Part shown: positions 1 to 10,930 of the stretch, one piece after another | Position numbering within the stretch: the stretch's first letter is position 1 | Layout: every line of letters begins with the position of its first letter | NCBI RefSeq assembly: GCF_016432865.1 | Contig: NC_067402.1 | Location: 299,522,001 to 299,586,000 of the forward strand | Origin: Antechinus flavipes | Taxonomy: Eukaryota | Length of the DNA: 64,000 bases | Reading direction: 5' to 3' | Program-made: the position numbers and the translations under genes | The notes under the pieces: generated by a model | Told to the model about the DNA's origin: nothing | What the model saw: the letters and a program-made list of their open reading frames with translations, nothing else | Databases searched by the model: none

Positions 1-1740
1 CTAGAAATTTTTTTTGTCAAATAGAGAGCTCTCATCTCAGAAACTGGCGTCTTTGGGTTTAATCAAACTCTTGGTCACTATAATCATTAATCATTGTGTC
101 GTGTATACTTAATCTATTCCACTAATTCTCTACTCTTAGTACATCGAATGATTTTGAAGACTGCCTCTTAATAAATATGGGATTAGGTCTGGTATGGCTA
201 GGCCACCTTCCTTTTCAGCATTTGTTTTTAAAAGATTTTGAATTCCCAAATTATGTCGTTTCTTCTTTCCTCTCCCCTCTTCTGAAGAAGGGATGTAGTT
301 TGATCTAGTTTATACCTGAGCTATCATGTAAGACACAATTCAACATTAGTCACAGTGTGAAAGAAGAACCTGAGCAAAAGGAAAAAAATGGGAAAACAAA
401 AAAGTGCTTCTTTGCATTCAGAGTCTGTCAGTTCCTTATCTGGATATGGCTAGCATTTTCTTTCATGAGTTGTTTGCACTTGTCTAAGATCATTTTGTGG
501 CTGAAAAGAGCAGTTATTCATACTTGATTATCATATAATGTTACTGATGCTGTGCACAGTGTTTTCCTGGTTCTGCTCATTTCACTTTGTATCAGTTTGT
601 ACAAGTCTTTCCAGGTTTTTCATTTCTTAGTGCACAATAATGTTCCTTTATATTCCTATACCACAACTTATTCAGCCATTCCCCAATTAATGGGCTTCCC
701 CTCAATTCCCAATATTTTCCCACCCCAAAAAGGACTGCTATAAATATTTTTGCACATGCATATATATTTATGTATTCATGTCCTTTCCTTTTTGTGTGAT
801 CTCTTTGGGATACAGACCTAGTAGTGGTATCACCCAAAGTATATGCACTGTTGGTTGCTCTTTGGGCACAGCTCCAAATAACTCTAAGAATGGTTGGATC
901 AGTTCAGGACTCCCACACTACATTAGGTGTTTCAATTTTCCCTGTCTTCAACATTTATCACTTTCCTTTTTTGTCATATTGACCAATCTGATAGGGGTGA
1001 GGTGGTCTCTCAGAGTTGTTTTAATTTGCATTTCTTTAATCAAGTGATTTGGAGCACTTCTTCATTTGTCTAGAGAAAGCTTTGATTATTTCATTTGAAA
1101 TCTGCCTGCTCATATCCTTTGATTTATCTATTGGGGAGTAAATTTTATTCTAATAAATTTGGCTCATAGTTCACTAATAAGGCTTTCTTGGAGGTTCTTA
1201 CTGTAAAGATTGTTTTCCAGCTTTCTGCTTTCCTTCTAGTCTTGGTAGTATTTGGTTTGGTTTGTATAAAAGCTTTTTAAATTTGATTTAATCAAGATGA
1301 TTTATTTTGCATGTTGTAATGTTCTCTCTGTTTGATCAAAAATATTCCCTCTTCCCATAACTTTGATAGATAGACTATTCTTTGCTCTTCTAATTTCCTT
1401 ATCCCCCTTTATCTCTAGATCACATGGCCATTCAGATCTTATCTTAGCATAAAGTAAGAGATACTGGTCTATACATAGTTTGTGTCCAATTCCCCCCCCC
1501 CCAAGTTTTCCCAGTTTTGTCAAATAGTGAGTTCTTATCCCTGAAGTCTTTAGGTTCATCAAACAGTAGAGAACTATAGTCTTTGACTATTATAACTTAT
1601 GTACCTATTTCCTTCTCTGATTCACTATTTCTTGGTCAATACCAGATGGTTTTGATGAGATCTGATAGTGCTAGACTACCTTCCTTTGTTATTTCATCCC
1701 AGTTGTTTTCCTTGATATCGTGACCTTTTTTTCCCTAATA
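1..1740 (-). mobile_element. LINE-1 ORF2/3' fragments, antisense, degenerate
   Basis: Minus-strand ORF 592-837 (CAKIFIAVLFGVGKYWELRGSPLIGEWLNKLWYRNIKEHYCALRNE) matches the L1 ORF2 C-terminal motif (MFIAALF...EWIKKLWY...EYYSA). Flanks are paralogous to the L1 block at ~49915-51700. Confidence 0.85.
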
Positions 1741-2914
1741 TTCTGGAGACCATTTGGAGAGAATGCTTAGCCCCCAGGAAGGATAGAAGCAGAAGAGCTA
1801 GGAGTCTTCTTGGCCTCTGTGGCCAGGCAGGGATAGAGAGAGAGCCCATGGAAGCAAGGCAGAGCTGTGTGAGAGTGTCAAGCAGTAGATTCTTTCCACC
1901 TCTTGGTCAGTCACTCTACATATTATGTGCCAGGTACTGTGCTAAGTGCTGCCACAATTGCTTCACTTTTCTCTAAAGGTGGGAACCACTTGGCCACTCT
2001 GCTTTCCAGTTAGCTCTTGTTACTTTCACAGGCTCTAGGTAAATAAGTTAAGCCTTGTTGTAGTTTATTCTTACACATTTCAAATAAAAATATTCATGAC
2101 TGATATTTTTGTCAGTCTTTTTCATCTCCTACTTCCTTCCCCATCATACTTTTATTTTCTTTTGGATATAGAACGTAAGTTTTAGATCATTTAATCCGAT
2201 TGACTTATTTCACAAAGAGTTTGTGACTCACCCAAACCACACCTGACACGGCTCACCCAGGACTCAAGTGCTGTGCAAATATTAGGTGCATCTCACAAGC
2301 CAAGTAGTTTCTTTCTCATCTTTGTCATAGATACAGTAAATAAAATCATGTGCTTTACTTGGTGTTGTCACAGAATGCCTGATAGAAATAACTCTTGCAT
2401 CAATTTTAAGTTACTGAATCTGAGCCTTTTTTGCTTAGGGGCAGATGATCCTTACTGTCTCCTCTCTCCCACACAAGCAGTGCTGGGGAGCTCTCTAAGC
2501 ATGGACTTTGGCCTGTACATGTGTTTGCATTTTTCTGTTCTGTGCTCAAGTAGGCTGCAGGTAGAAAGGAGGAACAGAGGCGGTAAGTGTCCTTCAGAGC
2601 TCCCCACAACCAAAAAGTGGTCTGCAAGAAGACACATGGACCAAGCCTGAGTTTTACAGCATCTCTCAGTTGGAAGTGCCTTTGTGGCTACCCAGTCCAA
2701 GTAGCACTTGGACAAGAATCCCTGTATTTTACAGCCTGTGGGGAAAAGTAGCCCTCTAGCTTTACTAGAAACCTCCCAAGAGACAGAACTCTGTCTCTTT
2801 CCACTTAAAGCAGTTCAGTCTTTGAAATGGTTCTAATGATCACAACATCTTGGCTGCCCAGGACTGTAGGATTATTATAGGTTCAGAATTTGCATTCAAC
2901 TGGCATAGTCATCT

Positions 2915-3140
2915 TCTTTTTCCTGAGGTAACTGGGGTTAAGTGACTTGCCCTGGGTCACAGAGCTAGGAATTATTAAGTGCCTGAGGCCAGATTTGACC
3001 TCAGGTCTTCCTGAGTGCCGTATCCACTGTCCTACCTTGATGGTCTTGCAGAAACTAACAAAGTGTCTGAGACTGGATTTAAAACTCAGAAAGGCGGGTC
3101 TTCACCAGGCCCAGTGCTCTTAGGTACTACATCATCTAGC
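2915..3140 (-). mobile_element. CORE-type marsupial SINE (WSINE1-like), degenerate
   Basis: GGGGTTAAGTGACTTGCCCTGGGTCACAGAGCTAGG...TCTGAGGCCAGATTTGA-type core on the reverse strand. A second copy lies at ~21650-21880. Confidence 0.7.
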
Positions 3141-3888
3141 AGCCATTAAACTAAGCCAGAAGTATAATCAGTTTGTGCCTGAGGTGATGGAGTCTCCATA
3201 CAAGAAGTTTCCTGCACCAAGGGAATGGAGAGCTCATAAATTGTGGGGATATTGGCTTTTATCTCTCAGTTATCAGGGGTTAAGTAGATCCTAGAGGCAG
3301 ATGAGCTTCCCTTAATTAGCTTGGCTAAATTAGCAGGGCCAGGATTAGGTGGCCACTATCTTTTCTGATAACTGAGGACTAGTGTCTCCCTCCCCTTAAC
3401 ATCTCACAGGACACTCAGAGACACTTCAGGAAGCAGAATCCCTAGTTAAGATCCTTCTGATCTGACTAAACCAGCTCTTGGTTTGAATCTGCCCTCATAG
3501 GCACTGGGTGCTAAGGAGAGGGGGGGGGGGCTTCTTCAATAATTGAGGATTAAGGAATTAAAACGATATAGAGATAGGTATGCTGGATTTTTACTAAAGG
3601 TCTCTGGGTTGAGATCCCTGGTCTTATCCAGTTGTGTGATCTTACCCAATCCCTTCACCTTCCTTCTCAGCTACAAAAACACAATTGTACTAGATTATCT
3701 AACTCACCTAATAGCTTTTTAAAGTGGAGGTTCAAAATCCAAACAATCTCCTTTACCTGCCTTCTCTAATTAAAGTCATCAACTCAAAGAGAAACAAGGA
3801 AAAGAGAGTTCTTGAATAGCCCTGATGTTAACCTTTCACTCCTACTCACCCATCCCGCTCAATCAGCTGGATCAGTTGACATTTAAAT

Positions 3889-4510
3889 TGTAATGCCAGA
3901 GAAACTGAGGCAGGAGAGAGATTAGAGAGTTTTTAATATTTTATTAATGGGAGAGTAAGATTGACTGGACAGGACTCTCGTCTCAAATTATCCAGTCAGA
4001 CAGAGATAAAAATATACTGGGACCAAGGAATTCATGTTGGTCCCAGGTCTGGAGGAGACTATCATCTCAAAGAATCCAGCCTCCAGCATCCACCGCCAGC
4101 CGCCATTCTCCAGCAATGAATGGAGAATCTCTAACCTTTATATACCTTTTAGAGACAAAGAAGAGGGAAAGAGTAGGAAAGAGCGGGAAAGCCCAGTTGG
4201 AAAAGGCTATGAATCAAAAAGGAACCCAGAGACAGGATGTCTGAATACCCAGAGATAAAGATGTTAGTGAAATATCTTGGAATATTTTAGAGGGATGTTG
4301 TAAATTCTCAAGGACAGAAGATAATCAGGAAGTCTACTCTCTTGTTTATCTTGCTTGGGCTAACAATTTATAACCTTAGACTAATTGGTCCTCAGCCTTC
4401 GTGGACCAGAGGGAGATTTACAGCTTAGGGGAGTAATTAGGAGACTGAGACAAGGGAAACTTGTACAAGGAAACTGAGTCAGGACAGTTAAAGAGAACTG
4501 TGGCATAACA
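3889..4510 (-). mobile_element. Solo ERV LTR (class I-like, 4-bp TSD)
   Basis: Begins TG(TAATGCCAG) and ends (GGCATAA)CA. Flanked by AAAT on both sides (3885-3888, 4511-4514). Reverse-strand AATAAA near 3942 and TATA near 4140. Termini are the reverse complement of the LTRs at 55520 and ~58490. Confidence 0.85.
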
Positions 4511-6039
4511 AAATAACTCTTGGATTAAGGTTGTGCTTGAACTAGCATTTGGGGAGGGAGAAGGAAATGTTCCTGAAGACCACCTACTTCAACACTCTCC
4601 TTTGGGAAGTGAGAAATTCTGGGGTCTAGAAAGGAAAAGGAGCTTGCCTAATTATTGCAACTCCCTTCACATACCCACAGCTCTCAAAACATCTGCTAGA
4701 CCAATACACACTGAGCTGGAAATTCAGGAACAAAGAATAATCCCCATCTCTGTTCTGTCTGAGTTTTATCTCCACTTCTCCTCCCTGGCCTTCCAAAGAA
4801 ACGTTTGTTCTCAGAGAAAAGAGAGGGAGAATTTTGCTTGAGATATCCAGAGGAGAGACCCCAAACCCGTTTGGGTGGAGTTCCAAGTGAGACTTGAAGG
4901 AAAAAGGTTAAAGAACATCTAACTCAGTAATAAAAGAAAGAGGAAATCTTTCTTCCCCATACCTAATACTTGGTGCAAGCAGTAAAATAGCAAAAAGCCA
5001 ATCCCTCCCGCACATGTTTCTGGGAAGAAATTCTCCCTCTAACTCATCTTAGCAACAAAGCAAGAAGCTTTATAGGCTCCCAGGAACTCCCTTCTCCAGT
5101 GGCTTCCTCCCATCTGCAACAACTTTACACAATCAGTCCCTCACCTGAGAATGTTGAAGGAAGCATTTGGAAGTCGGGTCCATTACAGAGATGAGGGAGT
5201 AGGACCGCCTTGGTGAGGATTAAGCCCACCAGCACAATGTAACATGAGTTTATAGTTGTAGGCTTTCATGTGCTTGGTCTGTTCTGGGAATAAAAGAGAA
5301 GTGTTCAACTCTGAGGTACAACTGTTCTTTTTTTTGCATTGCTCAGATCACCTGCTTAATGAAGGCATTCCTTTGCTACCCAGGGATCACTGAAATCGGG
5401 TTAATATTCTTTACCAAGGGATAGCCTTTATGTGGAGTTCTGAGCCCAGCTCAGCTCAGCTTAGCTCTCTTGGCTATTGGATATTGAAACAACTTTAACT
5501 TCTGAGTGAAAATCATGTCTCCTGAGCCAGGAGTTTGCAAAAATTTGGGGTCTCCTCTTAAGACTTTGAGGACTTTCTCAAGCCACCAAGGGCTTTAAAG
5601 GTCAATGAAGGCACACTTCTGAGGTGTCTCCCAAATACTTTTCTATGTGCTGAAGGAGAATTAGACTGTCTTGAAACAAAGACTCTTTGCAGAGCTTGCT
5701 CTTTTACTTAAACTATAATAAATTTAACGCATATTTTTATAAGTTGTCCTTTTTATCTGTAATTCCTTCTGGCTGTCCTTCTGTTCTCATGGGTTTTCAT
5801 TTGGAGGAAGAGGAGCCGGATCACTGATCACCACAATGTTCCTTCTCCTCAAAACGATATAGGGAAAGGAATAAGAAAGCTACACATTCAGAAAATTCCA
5901 ACTTTGTCAATGTGTAAAAAGAAAAAAAAAGTTTCAATCTTGAATCAGTCATTTTGAATAATTATTGGTCATGTTGCTATTAATAGGAGTTCTTCTATCT
6001 TTCAAATTTTCGTGTCTGTGCAAAGCCATATTTTATACT

Positions 6040-6800
6040 AAAAATTATTCTGCTCACTTCACTCTCTTTGTTAATACAAATTATTCTGCTTACTTTACTT
6101 GCTATTTATTCATAAAAGTCTTTCTAAAATAACCCATCTTGTACTTCTTACACAATATCATATTGCATCATATACACTATTGCATTCATATACTAAGATT
6201 TGTTTAAAAATTAAACTCCATTTGATAAGTACTCTATACTATAGTTCCTATAATTTTTGTGCATATGGGTTATTTTCCGCTTTTCATGCCAGTGGCTATC
6301 TTTGGGAGTCAGAAAGTACTCACAGTTCAGTGACATTTTAGGGATCATTCCAAATTGCTTTACACTTTGGCTAGACCAATTTATAGCACCACCAAAAGTA
6401 TGTGACTGTGTTAGGTTCTCTGGGACAGGTTTCTACATTTGATATTCTCCCTTTTTGATTTACTTTTGTCAATCTGACTGAGGTAGAATTTTGCAGTTAG
6501 TTTGTATGTTTCCAGTTCTTAATGACTTGGAGCATTTTTAAATCCCCGATAAATTTTGGAGGAGGATGCATTTTTATGTGGCCATTGAGAAGTGGGCTCT
6601 CTTCTTTTGAAAACTTCTAGGTCATCCATTTCCTTGACAATTTATCAATTACAGAATTTGCTTTTCTCATATATTTCAATTGGTTACTTTCAAAGAGACC
6701 TTTATTACAGAAACTTGATGCAAAGACTTTTCTCCAGTCCACTGTTTCCCAGCTACACACTCCACCGCTATAAAAATAGTCATGGAAAATAGTTTCTGGA
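6040..6800 (-). mobile_element. Old LINE-1 3' ORF2 remnant
   Basis: Degenerate antisense L1-like text (attccaaattgctttac...tggctagaccaattta...gacttggagcatttt). Paralogous copies lie at ~18040-18380, ~24780-25540 and ~36760-37100. Confidence 0.55.
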
Positions 6801-7446
6801 ATACCATACACAACAGCCATGTTTTCTCAGTCAAGAGTTTTTTTTTTTCTGAGAGTTAGAAATTAATTGAATTAAGATTAGAGTTGGAGCTTTTTCAAAA
6901 CTTCTCAAAAGCTTTCTATTTCTCATCAGACTGGCTTTCTGTCTCACATGTTTCCTCCATCCCGATTCAGTAATATAATATGCTTTCATTAGAAGAGGGA
7001 AGTATCTAATAGGAGTATTTTCTCCTCTCCTTGTCTTATCATTTGTGTATAATATATAATGTAGGGATTTTATTTATTATCTTCAAATGAAATTAAACTA
7101 TTCATAGCAATTTTGGTTTCAATCATTTCTCCATGTTTGGGGACTCTAGTCTTAGAAAAAAAAGAATCCAAAGCAACATAGCTGAACAATTGATTTTATC
7201 AACAAGCATTTTAATAATTGCTTAGTATGTGTCACCCTGCCAAACCCTGAGGATACAAGGAGAACAAAAGAAAAGAAAAAAACCCAAACCACTCCCTGCT
7301 CAAGCAGTTCAGTCTAAACAGGAAGAAAGCATGCAGTTATGTCTAATAATATCTATCTACAAATTATATATTTTCTAGGTGTGTGTATATGTAAAACTAG
7401 ATCTTGCCTATATGTGTGTATATGTACTATGCCTATATGTACATGT

Positions 7447-7448
<2 letters not shown>

Positions 7449-7482
<34 letters not shown>
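7449..7482. repeat. (AC)n microsatellite
   Basis: Pure AC run. The paralog lies at ~26163-26198. Confidence 0.95.
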
Positions 7483-7484
<2 letters not shown>

Positions 7485-8477
7485 TAACCAGCAGTCTGTT
7501 TTCATAGCAAAGATAATTGGCAAGAAAGGTACAAGTCAAAAGTTCCTGTGGCTGTGGCTAGCCTCTGTCCATGGTCATGGGTTATGACTAAAAGAATAGC
7601 CACCTCATTTCTAGGTGAGACTATACACATGACAAAAAGCAGATAAAGGGAAGCATACACATCAAAGGAAAAGAGGGATTAGGAAAGACTTCTGGGAAAA
7701 CACTTAGCTGGGATTTGAAAAAAAGTTAGAGAATAATTTGTCCTTAATGCTTTCGATACATTTAGAGAATATTGGAAAGCATCCAGGTGATTTATAACTC
7801 CGGGTCTGTTAGGTGACTTATAAATCCAGGGTTGAGCTTCCTCGGGCAGTCAAGAGACTGACAAGAGAGAGGGTGACAATTCTGAAGTTAGTGCAAAACA
7901 GCATTTTAAAGACAGGGAGAGCTAGTCACGCTGGGCTGGCCATAGCTGCAGACATGTGCTCCATCCCCTGCTGAGCAGGGTCCCCCATTGAGGATTGGTG
8001 GTATACAAGGCTTTAAAAAGATAGCAAAGACGAGTGTCCATTGAGAGAGAAAACTGCCAAGTCTAGGTACCTAAAGAATCAGTGAATCCTCTCTAGAAGG
8101 GGAAGAAGTCATCCTTTAAAGTTGTAACTGTTTTGAATTATAAATGTCCCTAAACAGAAAGCCATCTGAGAGAAAGTAGAGTGTCACTCAGCTCAGCCCC
8201 AGCCTGACTATCAAACCCTGGTGTGGACTCACAGAAATGCTTAGTAAAAACAATTTTAAAAGGAATATATGGTTCTAACTGCCTAAAAGACCAAGAAATG
8301 GAAGCAGAATTAGCTCAGTAGAAGGTATGAAATGTGTCTGCTGGACCTTCTCACAAGCTACTATCCACTGGCATATCAGGGCTAGCAAGGGGAGGAGAAA
8401 AAGAGGAGCTAGGTATAGGAGGAAATATGCTTGGAAAAATTGGGGAGTGAGACCACCCAATATGGGGAGGGCCCTTT

Positions 8478-8918
8478 TGACCCGTCTAGCAGGTCGTCAA
8501 TCGTGAGTCTCGAAGTGGAGCATCACCGTAAGGCAAAGGCCCGTAGGGCAAAAAGCCTGTAAGGCATAGCCTGTAGGGCAAAAAGCCTGGTAACAAAGAA
8601 CAAAGGAGGGAAACTGCCAAGTGGGGTTTAAAGCAGCTCCAGTTTATTGAGGCACACAATTCAGCTTATATAGGGTGGCTCAGGAATGTCACGTATGTAG
8701 GAATGCAGTTACACAATGCACAAGGTATAGAGGAGGGGGCTGAGGTCTTGTGATGAGGGTCATAAGTCCAGGGGTCCGATATCAGATGGTGATTGATGTC
8801 AGCACATCTTGTGAGATATGAAGTTCTGGAGCCAGGGAGCGGATAACCATCTCAGCACAATGGTGTTGACACAGTTGTCATTTATTAGCTCAGACCTAAG
8901 GGTATGGGGTCCCTGGCA
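8478..8918 (-). mobile_element. Solo ERV LTR with 6-bp TSD (class II/beta-like TSD length)
   Basis: TG...CA termini with CCCTTT on both sides (8472-8477, 8919-8924). The empty site is visible in unit C (GGCCCTGTGGCTTCC, ~42895). Reverse-strand AATAAA near 8646 and TATA near 8668. Confidence 0.88.
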
Positions 8919-9195
8919 CCCTTTGGCTTCCTTAGTGGCTACCAGAAAAATCAGTGAAAAGCCAAGGGAGAGATGAGGGATGGAACAAAAGGGGTGGGGA
9001 AGAACAGGACCCGCAATCACTTTGTAATATTCGGATGGCCAAGCCCCTTGCTGAACCAACTGCTCCGAGGCCAATTATTGAAAAGTCCCCGGCTTCTATG
9101 CACGGATTTCATAAAGCAGCTGCTCTTGCCCATCGTTGAAGCCATTGTTGGCTGTATCTGGATAAAAGATTTGCGGTGTTTCCAACTTCCTCCAG

Positions 9196-9975
9196 ATGAC
9201 AAAGTCCCATTCTCTGGGGAATGGCTGTCCCAGAGCAGTCAGAAATCCTCACACCCCGACCGCGGTGACTCTGAGGCCTCCGCTGGAAGGGAAGGCCGAG
9301 GTCCGCGGGGCCTTGAGGTAGACACGGTTCTTTCAGGTCCCGATCTCTCGGAACCACCCTCTACAAGTGCCGGGACCCCACACCTACCTGAGCCACCTCC
9401 ACCGTTGGAGGTCTTTCCACCTTCAAATCCAGGTCCCTGGGTGAGGAAATTTCTCCAGAGTGGGCATTACGGACTGGCCAAGGGTCCGGCCATGACCCAG
9501 GCCCGGAAACCCCGCCCCTTCGGACAGCTTTCACCACCAAGCAGATCAGGACTCTGGAGAGCTCCTCCAAACGCCCGCACTAACTGGGCGCGGCAGAGAG
9601 GAGAAAATTGGCAGGCGGGATGCAGCTGTCTCAAGTTCAGATCAAAACCTGGGTCCAAAGTCGCCGCAAGAGCCTGAAACGCCAGTTGCAGGACTTGGGG
9701 CCCCCCCGACCCCCCTCCAGGCTTCCCCGTCCACTTTTATAGCCCCTCTATCCCAGTGCTCAGGACCACTGCCTCCGTGGGCCTGCCGTATGTGTACCCC
9801 AATTGGCCGCAGCTCCGGGGCTCCGAACTTGTCCAGGAGCTTGTTGCCGATGTCTCCTCTGCTCCCTCTGCCCTTTCCCCGGCTCCTGAAAAGTTGCTCC
9901 TCCTGCCATCGAGTCGGTGCTGGCTCCTCTGCTAAGCGGCTGTCAGACCAGGCCGCCTTCCTGGGGGCGATGTGA
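9196..9975 (+). pseudogene. VENTX: VENTX-like homeobox processed pseudogene, copy A
   Basis: ATG ACA AAG at 9196, then a 1-nt frameshift into PFSGEWLSQSSQ (resembles the VENTX N-terminal WLSQSS motif). Homeobox ~9509-9688 reads PLRTAFTTKQIRTLESSSKRPH*LGAAERRKLAGGMQLSQVQIKTWVQSRRKSLKRQLQD, against human VENTX RVRTAFTMEQVRTLE...MQLSEVQIKTWFQNRRMKHKRQMQD. TAA at 9581-9583 (homeodomain Tyr25). No intron at Q44/I45. A-rich tract at ~10229-10250. Confidence 0.85.
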
Positions 9976-10739
9976 CTTTAGAGGCCCTGGTATAATCCCC
10001 CCTGGTAGGGGGTGACTGGTACTGAGAGAGGAGAGAAAATAAGGGAGCAAGAGATAGATCCCTTCGGTAGAGAGTTTAACTCGGAAGACTTCAGTAAATA
10101 ATGGCCTGCTTTGTCTTCTGCCCCATGGAAGTACTCCATACATGAACTTGTACATATTTGCGAAATTATTTGAAGTAGATTATGAACAGAGAATTATTTA
10201 TGGACATATGAAATAATTATGTTTATTAAAGTAAATAATAAATAAAAGAATAGATTCTACAATTCTAAATGTACTTTCTCTTTTTTCCTTTCCTCTCTGC
10301 CCTTGAATGGAGAATTTCTTATTCTCCAAGAATAAGATTTTCTTGGCGGGAATATCATTCTCAGGGAATAAGTGATCTGTGGAAAGTCATTTTTTGAAGA
10401 CCCATTTTATGTATGAGGAAGGGAAGTATCAAGTAAATGTGACATCTTGCCTGGGGTTGTGACTTTCCCCAAGAAAGCTTATCTTGCTCTGAGTGGATGC
10501 AAGATCATTTGGGTTTGCAGATTAATGGAGACATTTTTGGTGATTTTACATAATTTTACTGGGTTCATTCAGGTCAAACAGAGTTCACTCTAGTCACACT
10601 AAGCTGGCCTGACAAGTTAGAGAAGTATCAAGTCTTTATCCCAAGAATCTGAATCTGCTCCATCAGACAAGTAGCACCGGTATCCTGGCCCATGACATTC
10701 TATATAGCAGGGGCAGGTAAAAAACGTGGGTAAAAGGTA

Positions 10740-10930
10740 TGGGAGATGTGGAAGAGGAGAGAAGAGGGAGCTCATGGAACATGACCCTAATTTTTTTTTC
10801 TGTAAAATGAAGTATAAGGTTCTTAGTTGAGAGAGTTGAGGGAGGGAAGCAATGAAAGGGTTGAGGAGAAGTGAGCAAGTCTGGGTGATCTGCTGTGGAG
10901 AGTGGGAAAGGGAGCCAGTGAGGGTGATCT
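10740..10930 (-). mobile_element. LINE-2 ORF2 remnant (marker of array units)
   Basis: Minus-strand translation PSTLSTKNLILHFTEKKIR resembles the L2/CR1 ORF2 motif (LSADDFASYFTEKI). Paralogs lie near 29460, 39690, 44610 and 53190. Confidence 0.55.

Noticed and set aside
2273-2715. Overlapping short ORFs at 2273-2715, 4034-4258 and 4533-4886 conserved between units A and B
   Set aside because: The conservation only reflects the recent duplication. No domains are recognisable, and 4034-4258 lies inside an LTR.
8973-9677. 234-aa ORF (and its twin at 27693-28397) overlapping the VENTX-like copy, as a possible new overprinted protein
   Set aside because: It starts at a non-canonical upstream position, uses the VENTX N-terminal frame and then crosses the homeobox out of frame. 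The long ORFs in copies C (43441-44007) and D (51983-52591) cross the homeobox in a different frame, so no reading frame is conserved. GC-rich sequence explains the lack of stops.
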